A stretch of DNA of 64,000 nucleotides. Origin: an uncultured bacterium (GTDB lineage: Bacteria; Zixibacteria; MSB-5A5; GN15; FEB-12). Position 1 is the stretch's first letter. Every line of letters begins with the position of its first letter. This document shows positions 1 through 11,000 of this stretch, in pieces. Both the position numbers and the translations under genes were made by a program. The stretch spans positions 1 to 64,000 of the forward strand of contig CBDVDR010000014.1 of NCBI GenBank assembly GCA_965372795.1, written 5' to 3'. Below the pieces are notes generated by a model. That model searched no databases. It saw nothing but the letters and a program-made list of their open reading frames with translations, and had not been told where the DNA came from.

Positions 1-1063
1 TATCACCACCAGGTGAGCTGCCACTACCATCACCTAAATCCATCCTGGCAAAATCTGGATCACCAAAAAGACCAACCATGTTGGTAGTATCCAAACCACC
101 ATTAGAAATCTTCAGGATTGTGACATGAGCTTCATTGTCGAGTTGGCTGGCTGAGTTTGATACCGCTACACCACTGCCACCGGACATTGCCCCGACCGAC
201 ATCCTGGCTCCCGATTCGTCAGCAGAAACAATCCCATCGCAGTCATCATCAACCCCGTTCCCCCAATTAGCTGCAAAGCTCGCACTGCCGTTGAGTGTTA
301 GTGCAAGTATTTCGGTTTGAAATGTACCAGTAGTATTTCTTAGTTGCATGGCACTGGAATCAGAGGTAGAAAAGATTCCGGCTTCAGTCGGTATATCACC
401 AGTTTCAAAATAGGTTTTTAACTGTGATCGGCTGCCGTCAGCAGAAATAGATGCTTTACTGGGTGGGAAAAGGTTGCTTATCTCGCCTTTTTGGGCAGAC
501 CAGACAGATGTTGTTTCACCCAGAGAATTTAGTGAACTAATTCCGTCAGGATTCAAATGCATACTATTCCCAAAACCTATCAACTGAACACTGTTACCCT
601 TCTTCAAACTAATTATAACCGTTGTATCTCCCAATGAATCGACCATGACCAAACCATTATTATCAGTACTTATATTACCCTTAAGCGACGACGCCACAGC
701 CGCCATCGGAACAGATGTTAATCTCGTTCGAGGAGATATGGGTGGATCACTTCCAACTTGAATTTCAAGATAAAGTGAATCGGGACGAACTGGAATTAAA
801 GAAAAATCCAAGGTAGTCGAAGTACCCAGAATTACTGAAAATAATCCTTTGGTTACTTGTACTCCCTGAACTTCCTCCCATAGAACATCGGCGCTTGCCG
901 GGTCTGAATAAAGTCGGAATGTAATGTCAAAAAAACTGTCGACCGCTGAACCAGAGGCATCAAGTAATCGACCTTGGTGTGTTAGTGTCATTGGCACAGA
1001 AACTACCACCGATGCCAACAAAAGAACGGTTAACAAAGTTGTTACTAATAGTGATTTGTGCAT
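1..1063 (-). CDS. Secreted fibre/adhesin-like protein, 3' end beyond the window (absent from the ORF track)
   Basis: Manual translation from the ATG at 1063 stays open to base 2. Signal peptide MHKSLLVTTLLTVLLLASVVVS is followed by VPMTLTHQGRLLDASG..FRLYSD..LWEEVQ..GLFSVILG..YLEIQVGSDPPISPRTRLTSVP, an N-terminal module typical of secreted tail-fibre-like proteins. Upstream are a GAAAGG RBS-like site and TTGACT-N16-TATATT (1179-1152). Confidence 0.8.
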   Translation of the reverse strand, partial: MHKSLLVTTLLTVLLLASVVVSVPMTLTHQGRLLDASGSAVDSFFDITFRLYSDPASADVLWEEVQGVQVTKGLFSVILGTSTTLDFSLIPVRPDSLYLEIQVGSDPPISPRTRLTSVPMAAVASSLKGNISTDNNGLVMVDSLGDTTVIISLKKGNSVQLIGFGNSMHLNPDGISSLNSLGETTSVWSAQKGEISNLFPPSKASISADGSRSQLKTYFETGDIPTEAGIFSTSDSSAMQLRNTTGTFQTEILALTLNGSASFAANWGNGVDDDCDGIVSADESGARMSVGAMSGGSGVAVSNSASQLDNEAHVTILKISNGGLDTTNMVGLFGDPDFARMDLGDGSGSSPGGD

Positions 1064-1223
1064 GGATTACCTTTCACGTAATAGTTTTTTTATAAAATGA
1101 TGTATTTACTGTATTAACTGGGTTTGTGGATTTTTTGAATCCATTTTATCTAATATAACAGATTGATATTTTTAGTCAAACTGTATTTTAATCCATTTTT
1201 TGATAGAAATTTTAAGGTGAATA

Positions 1224-3887
1224 TTAATTCTCTAAATTCTGGTCCCAATTTTTCACCATGACTACTTTTGATTTGTCTGAACTTTGTAAAACAGTATTAA
1301 CAATAAATCGTTGTCCGTTGTTAGTAACATCATAAACTGAACCGGGTTTTGAAGTGCTTACCGGAAACATTTTCTTAACTTCACCGATTTGAAAAGTTGA
1401 TTGACTACCGTCTACCTCTGCTGTCATTATTTCATCTTTGTTATTCAAATAGAATAATTCCTTACCATCACTACGCCATAAGGGACGATCACCTTCGTTG
1501 ATTGAAACTTGCCACTTGGTCCCCGGACCCGGGAAAGGAGTAACATAAACTTGTTCAACACCTGTTTCATTAGAAGCATAAGCCATCCATCTTCCATCGG
1601 GTGAGAATGAAGGATCAAATTCTTCAAAAGGAGTAGTCAAAAATGGATATGGTTCTTTTTCACCAGACACAGTCACAACCCACGTGTCAAACATACTATT
1701 TTCATCATTAAACATAAAAAGTATATATTTACCATCAGGCGACCAGGTGGAGGGCCAACATTCATTTTTACTTTCGAAAACTTTTTCAATTTCACCAAGC
1801 CCTGAAACATTCTTAATATATATTCCTGGTTTTCCAGAACGATCAGAACGGAAGGCAATACGTTTACCATCGGGCGACCAGATAGGTGATGCATCCAAGG
1901 TTGAATCGAAAGTGAACCTTGTTTGAATTTTTCTTTTCACATCATATAACCACAAATCGACATTAGAATTGGCCACATCTTCAATACTAATAACGATTTT
2001 TTCTTCATCGGGTGAATATCTTTGATCATATTGAACTGAAAGTTCTCCAACTGTATCTAAAACTATACCCTCTCTATCAGTCAATAAAACGATTGACCCA
2101 ATATTTAAATCTCCTGATCGGTAGATCAATATCCCCGTATTGGAAACAGTAAAAACTGAACGGCTCCAGTTCGATAAGTAAGTTACTTTCTCAGCTATTG
2201 GAAAAGCATCATCAGTTAATTCCATTGACCCAAGATCAAAAGGATGAGCCATTAGTGATGCTTCTCTTTGGTAGAGAATATATCCATTAGCATAATCGAC
2301 TGTTGATTTAGCTGGGATAATTCGCTTGAAACTATCAGAGTCCAACGAACCAAGACAGATAGCATCTTTCTCTCCTTCAGATCCGCTTCCGGTTCGTGCA
2401 TAAAAAAGAAAATGGTTGCCATCAGGTAAGAATCTAACCCAGCGATGAGTTTTATCACCAATAGTTGTATCCAAAGTCGTTATAGGAACAGACTCCCCGC
2501 CTGCTGCTGATACTTTATGGATAACACCATTAAAGGTGGGAGTGAATAAAATTATATCATCCTGATTCCAGGAACCGTTACGACCGGAAGATGCATTGCT
2601 AATGGTTAAGGTTGGTCCGCCGGTTGCAAGTATTTTTTTCAGCTTCCCTTTTGCAAAAAAAGCGATATAACGACTGTCTGCTGACCAGAAAGGCAAATTT
2701 GCATTTTCAGTCCCCGGCAGTGGAAGGGAGGTTAACGAGTTAAGCGATCTTACCCATAATTGTTTAACAGTGGTCGCTGTATCCTCGGCGACAAAAGCAA
2801 GCTTCAGACCATCTGGTGAGATTGCAATACTACCACCGGAAGTTTCATCAAACTCATTATCATCCGGTGCCAACAGATGTGATTTGACCACTTGTACTGG
2901 TTCAGAATATTCCTGCCATAGAAAATAACTTAAGGCAGAACTGATTAATATAAATACAATCATACCTGTCATCGTGATCATTTCACGTACCGATCGGTTT
3001 TGTGGAATTAATCCTGAAGTTTTAACGACTCCTTTGCCATCAGCAATCCACTGAAGTGATCTTTTTAAATCTCCCGTTGTTTGCCAGCGTTGATCAGGAT
3101 CTTTTGACAAACATTGACTGATAGTCTGCTCAAGCAATGGCGGCAGCATCGGCTGAACTTCTGAAACCGAACGAGGTTCTTCTTTTATTATTGAAGCGAT
3201 CAAAGAGGCTTGTGAATTTCCTGCAAAGGCTCTCGACCCGGTTGCCATCTCATACATAACAGCACCAAAAGCAAAAATATCAGACCTTGCATCAGCTTCC
3301 TGACCTTCCAACTGCTCCGGAGCCATATACTGCATTGTTCCCAAAAGTGTCCCGGTTCCGGTTAAGGGAGTTGTCTGGGTAATGCTGGCGACACCCGGTG
3401 CTGAATTATCGAGCTGAAGTTTTGCCAGTCCAAAATCCAACAATTTTGCTCCGGTACTGGTCAGCATAATGTTGCCGGGCTTAAGATCACGATGGATCAA
3501 TCCCTGTCGATGAGCTTTATCAAGGGCATCAGCTATTTGAATCGAAATATCAAGCAATTCTTTCATCGGAAGAGGACCGTTCTTGATCTTATCTGATAAG
3601 GTCTCACCTTCAATAAATTCCATCACCAAATAATCAATCCCATCCTGTTCACCAACATCATAAAGAATGCATATATTGGGATGATTTAACGATGAAATAG
3701 CTTTGGCTTCCCGTTCAAAGCGGGTTTTGATATCCGGGTTTACTGCAAATGTGGCGGGCAGAACTTTTACAGCTACGATGCGATCAAGGCGGGTGTCTTT
3801 TGCTTTGTAAACTTCCCCCATGCCTCCGGCACCGGCTTGTTCAATTATCTCATAAGGACCTAATTTTTTTCCTGATTCTAAAGCCAT
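1224..3887 (-). CDS. Membrane Hanks-type Ser/Thr protein kinase with C-terminal PD40/TolB-like beta-propellers
   Basis: GAGGMGEVYKA, VAVK, HRDLKPGN, DFG and APE motifs; one TM segment; repeated WSPDG/FSPDG motifs. Confidence 0.95.
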   Translation of the reverse strand: MALESGKKLGPYEIIEQAGAGGMGEVYKAKDTRLDRIVAVKVLPATFAVNPDIKTRFEREAKAISSLNHPNICILYDVGEQDGIDYLVMEFIEGETLSDKIKNGPLPMKELLDISIQIADALDKAHRQGLIHRDLKPGNIMLTSTGAKLLDFGLAKLQLDNSAPGVASITQTTPLTGTGTLLGTMQYMAPEQLEGQEADARSDIFAFGAVMYEMATGSRAFAGNSQASLIASIIKEEPRSVSEVQPMLPPLLEQTISQCLSKDPDQRWQTTGDLKRSLQWIADGKGVVKTSGLIPQNRSVREMITMTGMIVFILISSALSYFLWQEYSEPVQVVKSHLLAPDDNEFDETSGGSIAISPDGLKLAFVAEDTATTVKQLWVRSLNSLTSLPLPGTENANLPFWSADSRYIAFFAKGKLKKILATGGPTLTISNASSGRNGSWNQDDIILFTPTFNGVIHKVSAAGGESVPITTLDTTIGDKTHRWVRFLPDGNHFLFYARTGSGSEGEKDAICLGSLDSDSFKRIIPAKSTVDYANGYILYQREASLMAHPFDLGSMELTDDAFPIAEKVTYLSNWSRSVFTVSNTGILIYRSGDLNIGSIVLLTDREGIVLDTVGELSVQYDQRYSPDEEKIVISIEDVANSNVDLWLYDVKRKIQTRFTFDSTLDASPIWSPDGKRIAFRSDRSGKPGIYIKNVSGLGEIEKVFESKNECWPSTWSPDGKYILFMFNDENSMFDTWVVTVSGEKEPYPFLTTPFEEFDPSFSPDGRWMAYASNETGVEQVYVTPFPGPGTKWQVSINEGDRPLWRSDGKELFYLNNKDEIMTAEVDGSQSTFQIGEVKKMFPVSTSKPGSVYDVTNNGQRFIVNTVLQSSDKSKVVMVKNWDQNLEN

Positions 3888-3932
3888 ATCGACTCCAATA
3901 AAAGCATGTGATAAGATAAAAACCTGTCAGCC

Positions 3933-3963
3933 TATTATAGGTCTACACAATCTACAATGCAAG
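3933..3963 (-). promoter_or_regulatory. sigma70-type promoter TTGCAT-N17-TATAAT of kinase 1
   Basis: Minus strand reads CTTGCATTGTAGATTGTGTAGACCTATAATA; 30/31 identical to 13934-13964. Confidence 0.8.
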
Positions 3964-4242
3964 TAAAATGATTCAACCATCACCGCCGTAATGCTATCAT
4001 TGCCACTATGTTATAAAATTCACGAAGTGCTCTGCTTAGTCAGTGTAAAAGCAATTTGCTAATACAATAGAGGTTAATTACTTATAATCTGCCGATCCCT
4101 AAGGTTGATAAATTGAGGGAAATGACGGCTTTCAGAGCCATAAGAGATTGATGAATATCAAATAAAATATTAAATCAACAATCAATCGAGAAAATCATAA
4201 ATTTCTAAAACTCAATAAGTTTACAGTACAAGAGATGCGTAT

Positions 4243-4282
4243 AAAAACACAGGCATTAACAAATCATGTTAATGCCCGTTTT
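4243..4282 (-). terminator. Intrinsic terminator after the DinB-family gene
   Basis: GGCATTAAC-N7-GTTAATGCC hairpin with A/T tracts on both sides. Confidence 0.7.
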
Positions 4283-4310
4283 TCCTTTAGAGTTATTATA
4301 AAAATAATTT

Positions 4311-4901
4311 TTACTTTCCTATTTTATCTTTAAGGATACTGACATCACGCATCATATGTTTTAGCATCAAAATCTGTCCGAAGTGGGAGCAAAAATGTTC
4401 CAGTACATGATAGGCAGTGGCAGTACGGGAGGCTTGAAATTTATCTCCAAGCTTATATAATTTATCAAGATCTTTATCCTGCCACTTTTTCATTTCATTC
4501 TTAATTGAACGACGTCCTTTGGCTAAAATTTGTAAATATTTTTCAGCTGAATATCCTTTTAGATAAGTTGGGTGCAACCCTTTTTTAGGTAATGGAATGC
4601 CATCATCTTCAAAACCGCAAATTTTATTAACAATTTTTTTACCATCAGTGTCCCACTTGAGTTCTTTCGGGGCTACCTTAAACCAGTAAATTTCAGCCAA
4701 AGCTAAATGAGCCAGTAGCATACCAATAGTATTCATTCCCGGTTTATGTTGCCATTGAAGTTGCTTAACGGTCAGGTCTTTAACCCCTCTTTTTAAACGA
4801 ACTAATTGATCGTCAAGTTGAGCGGCAAATAATCCGATTTTCTTCTGGGTTTTTGCATCAAACCCTTTTGCAGTTTTCAACTCCCATTTCTTCATTTTCA
4901 C
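4311..4901 (-). CDS. DinB/DUF664-family protein
   Basis: NTIGMLLAHLALAEIYW and YHVLEHFCSHFGQI His motifs. Confidence 0.85.
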   Translation of the reverse strand: MKMKKWELKTAKGFDAKTQKKIGLFAAQLDDQLVRLKRGVKDLTVKQLQWQHKPGMNTIGMLLAHLALAEIYWFKVAPKELKWDTDGKKIVNKICGFEDDGIPLPKKGLHPTYLKGYSAEKYLQILAKGRRSIKNEMKKWQDKDLDKLYKLGDKFQASRTATAYHVLEHFCSHFGQILMLKHMMRDVSILKDKIGK

Positions 4902-5242
4902 CTCATTGATTAATTACAAATTTATAAAAACTCTTTAATTGGAAACATTTGATACATGTACGGTACTAATATCAGGTTTTTCAATTAAATAAATATTGTA
5001 ATAATTTTATATAAAGAACAGACAGACTTAAACAAATAATATGAGTTGGTAAAAATATGCTCGTGGTGCGCCTTTCAAATTCACCACTAATTCTTTGATG
5101 AATAAGATTACACAACCAATTATTATAAGAGTAACGGTGCCTTAAGTTCAAAATTGTGAACGGAAAGAACAAACAAATTCTTGTAGAGAAGTTTGATGGA
5201 AATCACAAAAAGTGCTATTGATGTATTAAAAACATAAAAGTA

Positions 5243-5322
5243 ACAAAACGAACCCATTTATAAAATCAGATAAAATCAATTTTAATTGTAAACCGAACGA
5301 AATGTACAAAACGAACCCATTT
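5243..5322 (+). repeat. 17-bp direct repeat ACAAAACGAACCCATTT, two copies 63 bp apart
   Basis: Exact copies at 5243-5259 and 5306-5322 in an intergenic region. Confidence 0.85.
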
Positions 5323-5519
5323 TGCCGTATAATGTTATAACACTGCGGCTTACGCTGAATTTCAACATAAATATGCATGGTCATAATTAGCCAGAGGAAA
5401 TCTCACGAAGTTATAAACCTCACTTTGTGTGTTTTGCCTTGACAAAATACAATAATACCGTTTATTGCCACAACTAATTATTACCCCCTGTGTTAACTTA
5501 ATACCTTAAAGAGGATTAC

Positions 5520-6980
5520 TTGAACTTAAACGAACCACGAACTGATACTGATTTGAAAAAAAACTACAGTAAAAGAGACGACAAAACGACCAATCAATCG
5601 GAAAACGGATTTGATAATCTGGGTATCACCCCGAACCTGATAAAAGAGATCAAACGGCTGAAATTTAAAAACCCGACTCCTATTCAAAAAGAAGCTATCC
5701 CGACCGGAATTGAAGGCAAAGATATTATTGCCCTCGCCCAAACCGGTTCCGGCAAAACGCTGGCTTTTGGAATCCCGATGTTACAGCGGTTATCAAAAAT
5801 AAAAAATGCAACCGGACTTATCCTGGTTCCGACCCGTGAACTCGCCCTACAAGTTGACGAATCAATAAAATCAATCAGTCGCTATATAAATATCCGTACA
5901 GCAGTTATAATCGGCGGAGCCCCAATGACCCGCCAGCGGGTGGAACTTAAAAAGAACCCTCGTATAATTATTGCCACTCCCGGCAGATTGATGGATCATA
6001 TCGACCGAAGAACGATCAAGTTGAACGAGCTTGAGATTTTTGTGTTAGATGAAGCCGACCGTATGCTTGATATGGGATTTATTCCTGATATTAAAAAAAT
6101 AATGAAAGCTATTCCGCCAAAACATCAAACGATGCTTTTCTCAGCCACGATGCCGAAACAAATTGAAGCTATCGCTGAAAAACTTATGGAAGATCCGATC
6201 AGGTTTGAGATTGATCGTTCGGGTGCTACTCCGGCAGAAGTTAGTCAGGAATTGTTTTTAATCAAACATCAGCTTAAACTCAGACTTTTGGGACTCAAGC
6301 TAAAAGACTGCTCTGGTCCGGTTCTTGTTTTTACCCGAACCAAACGGACAGCAGGCAGACTTACGGGTAAAGTTAAAAACATGGGTTATGCTGCGGCTGA
6401 GATTCATTCCGACCGATCTTTAGCTCAAAGACGACGGGCTTTGGAAGGATTCAAAAAAGGTAGTTATCAGATTCTTATTGCAACCGATATTGCCGCTCGT
6501 GGGATAGATGTTAAAGGGATCGAAATGGTAGTGAATTTTGATATGCCTGCTAACGCCGAAGATTATGTTCATCGTATCGGCCGCACCGCTCGTGCGGGAA
6601 ACAGCGGACTTGCCGTTTCTTTTGTTACCAACGATCAAATCGGAGATATCAGAGCTCTTGAAAGATTCATGAAAATTAATTTACGGCTCTCAGATCTTCC
6701 GGCTCTGCCTTCTGAAAAAGTTCTTTTTCAGGAAGGTTTTGATCAGCAATTGAAAAACGAAATTTCAATGAACGATGTTCCTTCTGAAAGAAAATCTTCA
6801 TCCCGTCCTTCAAGACGCAGAGGCGGCAAACCTAAAAATTCACAACGGACTGATGCAAAACCGAATGACTCTGATAATGAACGGTCTTCCTGGTCAAATT
6901 TCAAAAAGAAAGATTGGCCATCTAAAAAGAAATCTGTCGGTCAGGGTTCTAAACGGAGACGGCGCCCAAAAAACAAGTAA
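5520..6980 (+). CDS. DEAD-box RNA helicase (RhlE-like) with basic C-terminal tail
   Basis: Q motif PTPIQ, AQTGSGKT, PTRELA, TPGRL, DEAD, SAT, ARGID, HRIGRTAR. Confidence 0.95.
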   Translation: MNLNEPRTDTDLKKNYSKRDDKTTNQSENGFDNLGITPNLIKEIKRLKFKNPTPIQKEAIPTGIEGKDIIALAQTGSGKTLAFGIPMLQRLSKIKNATGLILVPTRELALQVDESIKSISRYINIRTAVIIGGAPMTRQRVELKKNPRIIIATPGRLMDHIDRRTIKLNELEIFVLDEADRMLDMGFIPDIKKIMKAIPPKHQTMLFSATMPKQIEAIAEKLMEDPIRFEIDRSGATPAEVSQELFLIKHQLKLRLLGLKLKDCSGPVLVFTRTKRTAGRLTGKVKNMGYAAAEIHSDRSLAQRRRALEGFKKGSYQILIATDIAARGIDVKGIEMVVNFDMPANAEDYVHRIGRTARAGNSGLAVSFVTNDQIGDIRALERFMKINLRLSDLPALPSEKVLFQEGFDQQLKNEISMNDVPSERKSSSRPSRRRGGKPKNSQRTDAKPNDSDNERSSWSNFKKKDWPSKKKSVGQGSKRRRRPKNK

Positions 6981-7070
6981 GCTCCGAGTTATACCCAAAA
7001 TTATAATTGCAAATCAGTAATTTCAAACCTATTCTAACACAGTAAAACAACCATAAGTTGGGGGTTTCCG

Positions 7071-7697
7071 GTGTTAGATAATAAAGGGTTTGACAAATGG
7101 GCTGGGAGCTATGATGAAAGCATAAATCCCAATTTAACTTCGTTCCCATTTGATGGTTATTATGATGTGCTGGCTTCAGTTTTATCAATGGTCAAGACTC
7201 AAAAAAATCATCTCATTATGGATGTTGGCATCGGAACGGGACTCCTTTCAGAAGAATTATATAAGATTGGATGCACAATTTTTGGGGTTGATTTTTCAGA
7301 TAAGATGCTTGAACAGGCAAAACTTAAAATCCCGGATGGACTTTTTGAAACGGTTGACGTCTCAAAAGATCATTTTGGAAAATTTAATGATTATCAATTT
7401 GATCGGGTTATCTCATCATATTTTTTTCATCATCTTAATCAAGAGCAAAAAATCACATTCATCAAAAAAACCTTAAAAAATAATCTTTCACCTGATGGCA
7501 AAATAATTATAGCTGACATAGGTTTTAAAAATGAAGAGGACTTTGAATCGAGCCGTATTAAGTATCAGGATCAATGGGACAATGATGAATTTTATTTAAT
7601 CGGCGAATCTATTATTTCTCAACTTTTAAATGAAAAAATAGTCGCTGATTATAAACAGGTGAGTAGCTGCGCAGGCATCCTAGTTTGTATTGGGTAA
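7071..7697 (+). CDS. Class I SAM-dependent methyltransferase
   Basis: MDVGIGTG motif I, GVDFSDKML, SYFFHHL. Confidence 0.9.
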   Translation: MLDNKGFDKWAGSYDESINPNLTSFPFDGYYDVLASVLSMVKTQKNHLIMDVGIGTGLLSEELYKIGCTIFGVDFSDKMLEQAKLKIPDGLFETVDVSKDHFGKFNDYQFDRVISSYFFHHLNQEQKITFIKKTLKNNLSPDGKIIIADIGFKNEEDFESSRIKYQDQWDNDEFYLIGESIISQLLNEKIVADYKQVSSCAGILVCIG

Positions 7698-8014
7698 TAT
7701 TAGACAGCAGTCTATAGCCGAGATTTCACTGAATAAAAGTAATTTTAAATTCCCCAACATTTAATGGAATAGTAACGTAATTTTACCATAAACATAACGT
7801 GTACTCGTAGCTGAATGAAGAGTAACGCTATTATTTCCAATAAGCTTAAAAGTAACTTATTCTTTATACTCGACAAGGAAACCTTGGTTATTGCAATAAA
7901 ATATACTAGTTTTCATTAACTGACAATTCAATATGATTGGAAGCTCTTACTGGAATGTATTCATGACTCTGTTCTTTTAAAATTTAATTAAATTAAGGGA
8001 ATATTAAAAGACAA

Positions 8015-11000
8015 ATGATTAACAGGAAGAATTCAAATAAACTAATTCATAAAAAAGAATGGCAGGTTCCGGCTTTATTTGCAAGTGCAGCTATGGTTGT
8101 TTTAATAGTGCTTGCATTTATTTCATTACGAAACGATGAAGCTGATTCGTCAAGCAGCCTTGATAACGCAGTAACTCAAATAAGTGATAATATCCATCAC
8201 CACCTCCAGAACAAAGTTGACTATCTTAAGTTACTTGCTGATGATATGTCATCAAATATATTAGACGAACCACTATTTCATCATAGAATTACCCAGCTTG
8301 TAGAAGACCATCCTTATCTTATCAATGTAACCTGGTCCGATGAAGATTATGTAATCCGTTGGACGGCACCTTTTGAACCCAACAAACAAATAATCGGCTT
8401 AACTTTATCTTTACCAGAATCCAAAAAAGCTTCGCGTGAAGCCACCGCATCTAAAAGACCGGTATGGACCAATCCATTTCAAATAATTCAGGGGCATACA
8501 GCAATTGAAGTTTATGTACCGGTATTCAGAGATAATAAATTTGTTGGGACCTTTGGAGGAATTCATTCAATAAAGAGTTTATTGCAACACAGCATTCCTC
8601 ATAATTTTAAAGACGATTACTATATTGCTATCAGCGATTCTGAAGGCAGACAGTATAGTGTTAATCCAAATACAAGAGTTATTAATGAAGATTTGATTCG
8701 AAGCAGTCAAATAAATCTGCATGGAAGTCAAATATTTTTAGAAGTATCAGCTTATGAAGACGGTATTCACTGGTCACTTCTTATCCTGGTATTTATTTGT
8801 ATAATTTTAATCATAGGTATGACCCTCAGCCTTTGGTCATTAAGAAAACAATTAGTAGAGCGAAAACTTGCTGAGGAAAAGATCAATGAAGCCAACTATT
8901 TTAAAGAATCGCTGCTTAATGCCTCCCCCGATATAATTTACATCTATGATTTGGAATTAAATAAAAATGTTTACAGCAATGAAGGAATAATTAAAATTCT
9001 TGGATATTCAGTTAAAGAAATTCAAGATTTGGGAAATAAGGTAGTACAACAACTGATGCACCCAGATGATTTTCAAATTTATTTGCTCGAAATATTTCCA
9101 TTATATAAAAAGCTGAAACCCGGAGAAATATTACAACACAAATACCGGATGAAATCAAAAAAAGGCCAATGGCATACCTTGCTTTCAAAAGAACGTATTT
9201 TTAAACAAAATCCTGATCAATCTGCAAAACAAATCTTTGGCGTCATAACAGACATCACCGACCAAAAGAAAGCCGAAGAAGCTTTACAGGCTAGCGAAGA
9301 ACGATTCAGGACCCAAATGATTCAATCTCCGCTTGTAATGGAAATCTATGATCTTGATGGACTTCAGATAGAAGTCAACAAAGCCTATGAAAATCTTTGG
9401 GGATTTCCAGCAAGCACATCTGTAAATAAATTTAATGTTTTGAAAAGTAAAGAAGTTGAAGAAACCGGTTTAATTGTATATGTCAAACAGGCATATGCAG
9501 GAGAGGCTGTAACAGTACCAGAATACGTATTCGACCCGACCGGTGAAACAGAGTCAGGGGGATTTGGCAGAGTGCGCTGGCTAAGCACCAGGATTTATCC
9601 ATTGAAAGATTCTAATGGTAAAGTATTAAGTATTGTAATCACTCATGAGGACATCACTGATCGAAAAGTTGCCGAAGAGGAGTTGGCAAAAGAGGTCAAG
9701 TTGTCTGATGCTATTATCAATAGCCTTCCGGGGATGTTCTATTTGTATGATGATAAGGGAGCTTTTATCCGCTGGAACAAGAATCATGAAACAACGACCG
9801 GTTACACTGCTGTGGAATTAAGTAAAATGTCAATGCTTGATTGGTTCAAAGAAGATGATAAAAAAACTTTTTCAGATGCAGTAAACAAAATATATGAAAG
9901 TGGTGAAGCGCGTATTCAAATTTCACCATTGTTCAAAAATGGCTTGGCAGGCCTGCATGAATTTACAGCCCATCATTTGGAAATAGGTAACCAGACGTAT
10001 CTAATAGGTATAGCTATGGATATCAGCGAAGTAGTGCGTCTACAAGAATTAGAATCACGCGCCAAGCGTCTTGAATCAGCCGGTCAAATTGCCGGACAGG
10101 TAGCCCATGATTTCAATAACATGTTAGCCCCTTTGATGGCTTATCCGGATTTCATACGTGATGAATTACCCAAAAATCATCCCGCCTTAACCTATTTGGA
10201 TGACATTGAAAACTCTGCGAAAAAGATCGCCGAGATCAATCAGCAGCTTCTAACTCTGGGTCGAAGAGGGCATTATAACCAGCATCCTTTGAATTTGAAT
10301 ACTATAATTCTTCAAGCTGTTAGAGAGTTGAATCCACTTCCTGATTCATTGAGTATTGAGACAGTACTTGATCAGAATCTCCTTCATTTCAATGGCGGTG
10401 CATCACAGATTCATCGAATCTTGTTAAACCTCTTGAGTAATGCAATTGAGGCAGTGCAGGATAATGGACGGATAATCATAAAAACAGAAAATCAGTATGT
10501 TGACGAAGTTTCGATTGCCTATGGACGAGTGCCAAAAGGTGAATTTATAAAACTAACCGTAACCGATACTGGTTGTGGTATTCCTGATGAAAATTTACAG
10601 TATATATTCGATCCATTCTTTACTTCAAAGACAACTGATAAAAAACGAGGGTCGGGACTTGGACTGAGTGTAGTTGATGCAGTCATAAAAGATCATCATG
10701 GCTACCTCGATCTCACAACAGAAGTTGGAAAAGGAACTTCGTTTTATCTCTACTTCCCTATCACCCGAAATTTTGAAGAAACCACAAACCCTGAAAAAGC
10801 ATCTACGGGTACCGAAACGATTCTGATTGTAGATGATGACGACATTCAACGTGATGTCTCGACTCAACTCCTAGAGAAATTAGGTTATAAAGTTAACTCG
10901 GTTGAAAGCGGTAAAAAAGCAATCGAATTTCTCCGTGAAAATCCCCATGATATCATAGTTCTTGATATGGTTATGCCGGGAGGAATTGACGGGGCAGAAA

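Noticed and set aside
135..320. 61-aa plus-strand ORF and the many other short ORFs nested in or antisense to long genes
   Set aside because: They are shadow frames of well-supported CDSs (here the unlisted minus-strand gene 1063 to <1) and show no motifs of their own.
3965..4250. Intergenic stretch with a short frame ending NLPIPKVDKLREMTAFRAIRD
   Set aside because: No start codon or recognisable family, and no riboswitch consensus; I cannot support a feature.
4981..5172. 63-aa minus-strand ORF
   Set aside because: No RBS or motif and atypical composition; probably spurious.
5243..5322. Possible mini-CRISPR
   Set aside because: Only two 17-bp repeats, not palindromic, and no cas genes.
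7771..7857. Recurrent (A)GTAAC motifs upstream of the first histidine kinase
   Set aside because: Short, irregularly spaced and in AT-rich DNA; no matching CGT at the ECF spacing.
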